From Thermodesulfobacteriota bacterium (lineage in GTDB: Bacteria; Desulfobacterota; WTBG01; JAGOGO01), in the NCBI GenBank assembly GCA_026625185.1, contig CP113000.1, positions 2,205,622 to 2,237,621 on the forward strand: DNA of 32,000 bases, in the 5' to 3' direction. Numbering within the stretch: the first letter of the stretch is position 1; every line of letters starts with the position of its first letter. The notes under the pieces were generated by a model. It had not been told where the DNA came from, did no database searches, and was given only the letters and a program-made list of their open reading frames with translations. Below, one piece after another: positions 17,834 through 25,700 of the stretch. A program made the translations under genes and the position numbers.

Positions 17834-18331
17834 TCAGACCTTTCCTCTTGCCAGGAGATCGACCCGTTTCAGCAAGGCTGGGACCCGATGAGAGCCGTGC
17901 ATCACCTTGATTCTTCCTGCCGCCGTATAAGGATCTACTCCGGCAGAGGTCACATACAAAGGCCTTTTGCTCTCCCCTCTGAAAACTTCCACTCCGAATG
18001 AGTCCCGGTACTGTGATTTTGCCACGCCAATGACGCGGGTCCTCCCCGCAAAGAACTCAAAGAGATGCTTGCCAAGACCGGGCCGGTCTCCGAGCATCAC
18101 ATAACCATCAATGAGCATCTCTTCGGGAGTTTCATTGAATTGCTCAACCACCCTGAGAATACAGGGAAGCTCGCGTCGGTAAAACTGGCCGGGTAGGTAT
18201 TGAGTGACTCCGTCGGTGAGTCCGACGTATTCTAAGGCAGGTTCGGGATCGGTATATTGGTGGAAAAGCACCGCCCCCGCCGATGCTCGTCCGTCAGCAA
18301 AGTAGTGAACATCAAAAGCTGCGATCATCAT
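17834..18331 (-). CDS. Endonuclease V family protein (short, 165 aa)
   Basis: Aligns by eye to E. coli Nfi. IAAFDVHY matches IAGADVGF. YLPGQFYRRELPCIL matches YIPGFLSFREYPALL. LIDGYVMLGDRPGLGKH matches VFVDGHGISHPRRLGVASH. Further matches are IGVAKS, PLYVTSAG and RVPALLKRVD. Confidence 0.7.
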   Translation of the reverse strand: MMIAAFDVHYFADGRASAGAVLFHQYTDPEPALEYVGLTDGVTQYLPGQFYRRELPCILRVVEQFNETPEEMLIDGYVMLGDRPGLGKHLFEFFAGRTRVIGVAKSQYRDSFGVEVFRGESKRPLYVTSAGVDPYTAAGRIKVMHGSHRVPALLKRVDLLARGKV

Positions 18332-18542
18332 TCACCTTATCTCGGCGCTCTGCATGGGGCGTAGACTGCGATAATTGAGCCAGGTCAGGGAACAATCAGG
18401 TCACCGATAGTACGATATGCGTTATTACTCTGAACTATGGGGTTAAAAATTCAAGGGGATCACTAAAATGATTTTTGATTTTCTGTAACAATGGCAGTTA
18501 AATACTTTTATTCTCACCAAATCTGGAGGAGGGATGAAAAAA

Positions 18543-18895
18543 ATCGCGCCCCATGCGGGCGCGTGGATGGAAACCAGTTAGTCTGTTTTTCAGAAATCCT
18601 AGTTCATACCTTGCGTCCCATCTGGGTGCTTTGAATGAAACTCATTCACAAGATTCCCGGAACCCAGATTCATCCTTTGTGTCCCTTGTAGGCGCAAGGA
18701 TTGAAACGAGCTCGTTGAGTTCCAGGGACCCTTGTTCATCCGCCGCATCCCTGGCTTGCGCAGGGATTTAAACTAGTCCCTCCACTCCCGGGAGATCTAG
18801 TTCATCCGCGCGTCCCATGTGGGTGCTTTTAATTTTAATATATACCCAAATGATATTTTGTCAAATCGCGCCCACGCGCGCGTGGATGGAAAAAC
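18543..18895 (+). CRISPR. Orphan CRISPR-repeat-derived tandem array, copy 1 (6 repeat-like units, ~66-nt period, no cas genes)
   Basis: The first unit atcgcgccccatgcgggcgcgtggatggaaac and the last unit atcgcgcccacgcgcgcgtggatggaaaaac resemble the type I-C consensus GTCGCGCCCC....GGGCGCGTGGATTGAAAC. Internal units end at 18641, 18707, 18773 and 18839 and are degenerate. The spacer-like segments share 3' halves (..ttcccggaacccagattcatcc / ..ttccagggacccttgttcatcc / ..ctcccgggagatctagttcatcc). Confidence 0.5.
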
Positions 18896-18933
18896 AAAAA
18901 ACAGTTGGAAGTGGCTGATTTTTTTCTTTTTTC

Positions 18934-19075
18934 TTGACTTTTTTCTCCTCATAGGTTAAAAACAGAAAAATATTTACTTAAAAAGAGAATATTTTTGAGA
19001 TGACTGCGAGGAAAAAATCCAATGAGCGTAAAGAAAGGCCGAATTACCAAATGAAAAGGTGATGGTCCTTTTTTG
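18934..19075 (+). ncRNA. Promoter plus small RNA/leader module, copy B (upstream of the permease gene)
   Basis: TTGACT (18934-18939), 17-bp spacer, TAAAAA (18957-18962). The core is ttgagatgactgcgaggaaaaaatccaatgagcgtaaagaaaggccgaattaccaaatgaaaaggtgatggtcc followed by tttttt. Confidence 0.4.
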
Positions 19076-19184
19076 TTGTGATACTTTCCATAAAAGAAAT
19101 AGCAAATTTTTTGATTACAATTATAAGGGAAACCATAAGTTTTTATTTTTAACAAGGTCTCCTTAATTCATAACTCTAAATTGT

Positions 19185-20756
19185 TTGGATTTCTCAATGT
19201 ACGTGGGCATACCTTTTGTTCAAAGAGACTATATCCGCAATCAACACAGATTCTGGGGAGAAATAACCGCTTTTCTCGCTCTGTTTTTTGATAACGTCGG
19301 AACGCTGATATTTTTCAGTGCGATTCTTGTTTTCACTTTCAACTATCCCCCCGATATTATTCTGACGCGCATGATCCCGGGTACAGCTGTCGGAATTTGC
19401 GTAGGCGATCTTGTCTATACGTGGTTCGCCATCCGTTTGAGACAAAAATACGGACACGCCGATGTCACGGCGATGCCCCTGGGTATCGATACACCTTCAA
19501 CCATCGGCATTGCCTATGCTGTCATGGGCCCCGCGTATATCGCCACTCATGACGCGCAGCTCACGTGGCACATCGGCATGGCCACTCTTTTCATGATCGG
19601 CGTTGTTAAAATATTTACCTCTTTTTTCGGTGGATGGGTTCAGCGCATCATTCCCACCGCGGGGCTGCTGGGGCCGCTCGCCGGAATTGGGCTTCTGCTG
19701 CTCGGATTTCTGCCATTGCTCGAAATATTCAATGAGGCTGTCATTGGCATGATCGCCATGGGTCTTATCTTTTCGGCGCTCATGAGCAAGCTGAAGCTGC
19801 CGGGCCGCTTCCCCGGTGTTCTTGCCGCAGTTCTTCTCGGCACGGGTATTCATTTTGCTCTGGGATATGGCGGATACCTTCCGGAATTCACCGCACCGAC
19901 TCTGAAAATGAATTTTTTTTTACCCGCTTTTTCTATCGACTTTTTCAAAACACTGCCACAAAGCATTCAGTATCTGACCATCGCCATCCCTTTCGGCATC
20001 CTGACGATAATCGGCGGCATCAATAATACGGAAAGTGCCCGTCTGGCAGGCGACGACTACCGGACGAGAGATATCTTGCTTACGGAGGCATTCTCATCGC
20101 TGATCGCGGCTTTCTTCGGTGGTGTGGCGCAAACCACGCCCTATATCGGCCATCCGGCATACAAAAAGATGGGCGCGACCTGGTGGTATACACTTCTGAC
20201 AGGACTACTTGTCGGCATCGGCTCCGTGGTCGGACTGCTTTCACTTTTTGTCAGTGTAATTCCACGGGCAGTTATTGGGCCAATTTTTATCTTTATCGGT
20301 TTTGAAATTATTCGTCAGGCCTACAAGGATTCGCCGCCGGCTCATTCTCCTGCGGTAAGCTTAAGCTTTCTGCCTGTTGTCGCCAGTATGGTGCTAATAA
20401 TTCTGGGCCAGTTCATGGGCGCAATGGACGCCACGCCGGATAAATTGCCGTTGCGTTTGCAAATCATGCATCAATCACTGACAATGCTCAGTAACGGCTT
20501 TATTCTAACGGGGCTTCTCTGGGGCAGTATGCTGGCTTTTCTTATTGATCACAAAGCGCGACAGGCAGCTCTTTGCAGTGCTGTCTGCGCCGTGTTGACT
20601 CTCTTCGGCATTATCCATTCGGTGATGCCTAGCGGTGAACTCTACCTGCCCTGGCTGATTACAACTCATGCCCACTACATGCTCGCTGTGGCTTACTTTG
20701 CGCTATCCTGCATCCTGCTTTTGTTGACCGGAAAAACAGATAAAACAGAGGTATAA
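19185..20756 (+). CDS. Polytopic permease, probably NCS2/AzgA-related nucleobase transporter family
   Basis: 523 aa, almost entirely hydrophobic helices. Segments such as DVTAMPLGIDTPSTIG and TTPYIGHPAYKKMGA recall xanthine/uracil-type permease relatives. An ATG at 19197 is an alternative to the TTG at 19185. Clearly more GC-rich than its flanks. Confidence 0.55.
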   Translation: MDFSMYVGIPFVQRDYIRNQHRFWGEITAFLALFFDNVGTLIFFSAILVFTFNYPPDIILTRMIPGTAVGICVGDLVYTWFAIRLRQKYGHADVTAMPLGIDTPSTIGIAYAVMGPAYIATHDAQLTWHIGMATLFMIGVVKIFTSFFGGWVQRIIPTAGLLGPLAGIGLLLLGFLPLLEIFNEAVIGMIAMGLIFSALMSKLKLPGRFPGVLAAVLLGTGIHFALGYGGYLPEFTAPTLKMNFFLPAFSIDFFKTLPQSIQYLTIAIPFGILTIIGGINNTESARLAGDDYRTRDILLTEAFSSLIAAFFGGVAQTTPYIGHPAYKKMGATWWYTLLTGLLVGIGSVVGLLSLFVSVIPRAVIGPIFIFIGFEIIRQAYKDSPPAHSPAVSLSFLPVVASMVLIILGQFMGAMDATPDKLPLRLQIMHQSLTMLSNGFILTGLLWGSMLAFLIDHKARQAALCSAVCAVLTLFGIIHSVMPSGELYLPWLITTHAHYMLAVAYFALSCILLLLTGKTDKTEV

Positions 20757-20794
20757 ATTGGGGCGACCGGATACAGCGAAACCGAATAGGGCAA

Positions 20795-21041
20795 GGTCTC
20801 CGAGCAACACATAACCATCAATGAGCATCTCTTCGGGAGTTTCATTGAATTGCTCAAGCAACCTGAGAATACAGGGAAGCTCGCGTCGGTAAAACTGGCC
20901 GGGTATGTATTGAGTGACTTCGTCTGTGAGTCCGACGTATTCTAAGGCAGGTTCGGGATCGGTATAATGGTGGGAAAGCACCGCCCCCGTCGATGCTCGT
21001 CCGTCAGCAAAGTAGTGAACATCAAAAGCTGCGATCATCAT
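20795..21041 (-). pseudogene. Truncated second copy of the EndoV-like gene (N-terminal ~82 codons only)
   Basis: The track ORF 20703-21041 matches the 17834-18331 protein from MMIAAFDVHYFADGRAS through ...LIDGYVLLGD. Homology then ends at the repeat boundary (~20795) and an unrelated tail follows. Confidence 0.75.
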
Positions 21042-21254
21042 TCACCTTATCTCGGCGCTCTGCATGGGGCGTAGACTGCGATAATTGAGCCAGGTCAGGG
21101 AACAATCAGGTCACCGATAGTACGATATGCGTTATTACTCTGAACTATGGGGTTAAAAATTCAAGGGGAAAAACTATTATTGATTATTGATTTTCTCTAA
21201 CAATGGCAGCTGAATAGTTTTATTCTCACCAAATCTGGAGGAGGGATGAAAAAA

Positions 21255-21596
21255 ATCGCGCCCCATGCGGGCGCGTGGATGGAAACCAGTTAGTCTGTTT
21301 TTCAGAAATCCTAGTTCATCCCTTGCGTCCCATTTGGGTGCTTTGATTGAAACTCGTCAACCTGGTTCCAGAAACCTCAATTTATTTTTTGCGTCTCCTG
21401 TGGGCGCAAGTTTTTCAGTTCCAGGAACTCTGGTTCAACCGCCGCATCCCTGGCTCGCGCAAGAATCTAAACTAGTCCCTTCACTCCCAGGAGCTCCAGT
21501 TCATCCGCGCGTCCCATGCGGGTGCTTTTAGTTATAATATATACATCAAATGAAATTTTGTCAAATCGCGACCAGTGCGGGTGCGTGAATTGAAAC
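21255..21596 (+). CRISPR. Orphan CRISPR-repeat-derived tandem array, copy 2
   Basis: The first unit is identical to copy 1 (atcgcgccccatgcgggcgcgtggatggaaac). The last unit is atcgcgaccagtgcgggtgcgtgaattgaaac. Interior units are homologous to copy 1 but carry many substitutions and a ~10-nt deletion. Confidence 0.5.
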
Positions 21597-21637
21597 ACAA
21601 AAAAACAGTTGGAAGTGGCTGATTTTTTTCTTTTTTC

Positions 21638-21781
21638 TTGACTTTTTTCTCCTCATAGGTTAAAAACAAAAAAATATTTACTTAAAAAGAGAATATTTTT
21701 GAGATGACTGCGAGGAAAAAATCCAATGAGCGTAAAGAAAGGCCGAATTGCCAAATTAAAAGGTGATGGGCCTTTGTTTTC
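21638..21781 (+). ncRNA. Promoter plus small RNA/leader module, copy C (upstream of the SIR2 gene)
   Basis: TTGACT (21638-21643), 17-bp spacer, TAAAAA (21661-21666). The core is nearly identical to copy B, ending ggtgatgggcctttgtttt. It lies ~95 nt before the ATG at 21875. Confidence 0.4.
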
Positions 21782-21874
21782 TTTGAGAAGCACCCAAAAA
21801 TAGATGTTTGAATTAACTATCAAGTCAGACAGAGATAAACAATCAGTTTAACGAATTGGTGAAGAGGTATTTTG

Positions 21875-22798
21875 ATGAATATTGATCTTGTTCCCGACAT
21901 TAAAAAATATCCCCATATTTATGACTCCCACAAGAATAATAAGTTAATCATATTTGTTGGTGCGGGGATGTCGTCCCTTTGGTGATGCAAGAGATGGAAG
22001 GACATGGCGGTTTCTCTAATTGAGTCTTGTTATGAGCTTGAGGCTATAGATTATTGGGCACGGGAAAATCTTTTAACTAAATATGCCATTTCGCCACGCA
22101 AACTGATAACGATCGCCAAAAGTATACTTGGTGAAAAAAAGTACTTGGAGGTTTTAAAAAGAACTCTTCAAATTTGGCCTGAACGAAAGGGAAAATTACC
22201 GAATCTTTTTAACAACCTATTAGCCCTTAACGCTATTTATATCACTACTAATATTGATGACCATTTTTCAGGCCTGTTTGAAAAAAAAGATGTGCATTTC
22301 GAACAAAATGATTTCTCTTCCTCAGTTCTTAAACCAAAAAATATTATCCATTTACACGGAATTATTAATAATCCCCATAGTCTTGTTTTAACTATTGATG
22401 AATATGTTGAACGTTATCAAAATAATCATTTTAGAAAATTTTTAGAATATATCTTTTTTAATGAAGACTATTGCTTTCTTTTTGTTGGTTATGGTGTTGA
22501 TGAAATGGAAATTATTGACTTCATGATTGAGAAATACAGCACTGGGCCAGAGACCTTGAAAAAGCTTATCTATCGCTATTATATTTTATTACCTTTTTTC
22601 CAGAATGAAGAAACCTTAATGAGATATGAACAATTTTATTTTGATCAAATCAATATGACGGTGATTCCTTATGCGATTAACGCAAAAGGATATGATCAAT
22701 TAAATGAGGTAATCGCAACATGGAGAGAAGAATTTGAGAAACAGGGGCAACGAGATGAATTTTATATATTTAATAAAATCATTGAGAAAAATTTATGA
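21875..22798 (+). CDS. SIR2_2-family (defence-type sirtuin/NADase-like) protein, interrupted by an in-frame TGA at codon 37
   Basis: The track ORF starts at 22004. The same frame opens at the ATG at 21875 (gaagagg SD 6-12 nt upstream) and encodes MNIDLVPDIKKYPHIYDSHKNNKLIIFVGAGMSSLW-TGA-CKRWKDMAV.... Motifs present: IIFVGAGMS (Rossmann GAG), ITTNIDDHF (catalytic Asn box), IIHLHGII (catalytic His 35 residues after the Asn) and FLFVGYGVDEMEI. Confidence 0.75.
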
Positions 22799-25700
22799 AC
22801 ATACTTAATGCAGAAGAACAACAAGTACTTTATTTGATAAAAACGGATGCTGATCAGGCTAATTATTTTTTTACTCAAGCAAAATCATTAAAATGGTTTT
22901 ATCCTCTGAAAGATCAAGGGTATTTTTGTCCTGATCACATCCCCTACGATTCAAATGGCAATGCCCTGTTTTGGAATGTTCTCGATTATCTTAAGCGAGT
23001 TTCCGAACAGGTTGAACAGAATTCCGTATACGGTGAAGAATTAATTAACATCATCGGTAGCGTTGTTTACTTCTCGCAAAATGAAAAACAGATCAATAAC
23101 TATCATATCTGGAAGTACTGCGTAAAAATCCTAAATAATCTTCCTGTCGCGATTATTAAAAAATATCTCACGATCGAAGAATTTCGCTCGTGGCTTTCGG
23201 TTTGGACTACTTTTTCTGAGGGAAAAGTTCTACCCATAACACTAATTGGGGGAAGTCTTTTGCCAAAATTTCTTGCCGGAGATTCAACAATTGAATACGT
23301 CGAGACCATTATTGACGTAATCACGTGCATCAAGCTTAGCGGGAAATTTCATCCACTAACGAAGGTTGACGAGATTATTTTAGCCTACAGTTCATACTGG
23401 ATCAGGGATGCTTTTAAAAAAAATTATGAACTAATAGGCCAAAAATGTTCTTTGAACGCTATTTATATTCTTGCTGACAAATTAAAGAAGGTTTTAGAAC
23501 ATAAACAAAAAAAACATTCTGGCAACATAGAGATTGGCGAGGATGTTTATCACATTGAAGTATCAAGAGTCCCCGCAGAAAAATTAAAAGCAGGTGAAAT
23601 TGGATTTCAAGACGGGCAATTCCAGTGTGTGGTTAAACAGTTTTCTCGGCAACAGCTTCAGGATGTTGGCGGGGATCACAGTTACTGGGCGCTTTATAAA
23701 ACTGAACCGCAGATTGAGGTAAAGCAATTTAGTTTTACAGCTATGAGGCAAGAAGCATTCTTGAAGACTATTATAGAAAACTTGCCTCGGGATATTGAGT
23801 GGACTAAGTCTACAAATTTTGACGAAAAACTAAAATATATATTTAAGGGACTTCATGCGGATTATTCTGAAATATGGTTAAAATCCATTGCGAGCGGCGG
23901 TCAAGATTATGAAAGGGACGCCGAAGAAGTTTTAGCCATCATTTTACGCGATATTTTGCTGGCAAAATGTGAAGCAAATAAATCTGAAGGCAAGAAGATA
24001 CTATGTTCGTTTCTAAGCGATCATTATCAATTCCCTATTTTTAGAAGGTTTGTTTTGCTTTGTATTGATAAATACTGGATCAATTTCTATGATCTTTTTG
24101 ATAAATTTTTTGAAATAGTTCCAACTGCCTTGGAAGAATCGGCTTACGAGGTAGAGTTGTATGATATTTTAGTCAACCACAATCAGGAATTTAACCTCGG
24201 CCTTAGAACGAATCTGAAAGAACTAATTGATAATGTCCCTGCATACTATGTCAAAGAAGGTGAAAAACTAACAGAGTATTGGAAATACAAATGGCTCTCC
24301 CCATTGCGGCACAATCCCGATTTTTCCGCCTTGTATGAAAAAGCAAAACAAAAAACCGAACCAAAAGATGGTAAGCCTTATGAACCCAGGCGTTTAAGCT
24401 TTGAAGCTGGTGTGGTCAGTCATAAGTCGCCAATCTCCAAAGAAGAGATTTTGGAAATGCCTGTTTCCGAATTTGTGAAGTATTTAAGTGAATTTAAAGG
24501 AGCAGACTTTTGGCGTGGGGCTTTTGATGGGGAGCCCGACAAAGAAGGACTTGCCGAGGCGTTTCACGCGGCGGTAAAAGAGAATCCCAAGAAATTTACT
24601 GACGAAATAGATGCTTTTTGGGGTGTTGATTATTTTTATCTACATAAGGGATTGTTTTGGGGATTTAGGGAAGCGTGGACTGCTAAAAATGAACTTGATT
24701 GGGAAAAAATTTTTAATTTCATTCTAAAATATTTCAAGCGAAATAAAGAATGTATTCTAAAAGAAGCATTTCAGGCTCAAGGAAACGATAGCGGGGAGGG
24801 TAAATATATTTATCTTGTCGATGATGTTGTTGGCTTAATCGCTGATGGATGCAGGGATGATGCACGAGCGTTTGATTTAAAGTATTTCGATAAGGCAAAT
24901 CAAATTTTTGAATTGGTGTTACCCTTACTTAAAGGGGAAAAAAATCCTGACACACAAAGAGATGCCTTGAGCTATGCCATGAATACAACGCTTGGTAAGA
25001 CAATTGAGGCGTATATTTCTTTTGCGTTGAGGGCAACAGGGGCCACAAAGGAAAAAGAAGAGAATTGGGGAGAGATAAAGTTTGAACGTTTTTTTACTAA
25101 AGGTGGTATAGAGGCATACATATGGTTTGGGTGTTATCTCCCACAGATGAAATATTTGGATGAGAAGTACACGGAAGAAAAAATAAAACTTTTTGCCTTA
25201 AAAAAAGCAGATGACTTTAAATGGCAGATGTTTATGGAAGGGTATCTGTTCGCCCACAAAGTATATCCAGATCTATATTCTTTAATGCGGGCTCATTATA
25301 TAATGGCCTTAGAAAATAAAATATTCGAAGAACGGATAGATCGTCGGCTTGTTTCCCATATTGCTTTGGGATATTTATATTACGGAGAGAGCCTCCAGGA
25401 AAAAAATCCAGATGGGAACTCCAGTTTATTCTGGAAGATGCTAACCGAAGCTGGTGCGAGAGGTAAAAGTGATCGATGGTTAGAGATAGCTGGATTTTTT
25501 TGGTCGGAAGGAGAGGGGATGGTAAGGAAAACGAAAAAGGATGTTGAAGGGAAATCTTCCGAAGAAATTAAAAAGAAAATTTTGGATTTCTGGTGTTGGA
25601 CTTATAACCAACAGAAACTCGCAGAAGAGAACTTGGGTGATAGATACAATGCTTTCTTAGAACGAATGGCAAAATTAACCATTTTTTTAGACTCGATTGA

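Larger units (their letters stand above)
18085..19076. repeat. Direct repeat copy 1 (~990 bp): 5' half of the EndoV-like gene, its upstream region, the CRISPR-like array and RNA module B
   Basis: Collinear with 20795-21781 at a constant offset of ~2710 nt. The stretch 18332-18459 is identical to 21042-21169. Confidence 0.85.
20795..21781. repeat. Direct repeat copy 2 (~990 bp)
   Basis: See copy 1. Same order of parts: truncated EndoV-like gene, invariant 128 nt, array, RNA module C. Confidence 0.85.

Noticed and set aside
18553-18771. 72-aa ORF (and the 88-aa ORF at 21265-21531) spanning the arrays as real genes
   Set aside because: The two copies keep the same frame only for about 30 codons and then diverge through indels. 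The 22-aa periodicity simply mirrors the 66-nt DNA repeat.
18543-18895. An active CRISPR-Cas locus
   Set aside because: No cas genes lie within 32 kb. Only the first and last units are good repeats. The spacer-like segments are homologous to each other rather than unique, so the array cannot be a record of independent acquisitions.
18949-19155. Minus-strand ORFs over the RNA modules (18949-19155 and 12977-13174) as coding genes
   Set aside because: The homologous DNA does not give homologous proteins because frames shift between copies. The sequences are low complexity and AT-rich with no SD.
19185-20756. The repeat-flanked permease as a composite transposon
   Set aside because: The flanking repeats are direct, not inverted, and encode no transposase. 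Duplication and capture with potential homologous recombination is the simpler description.
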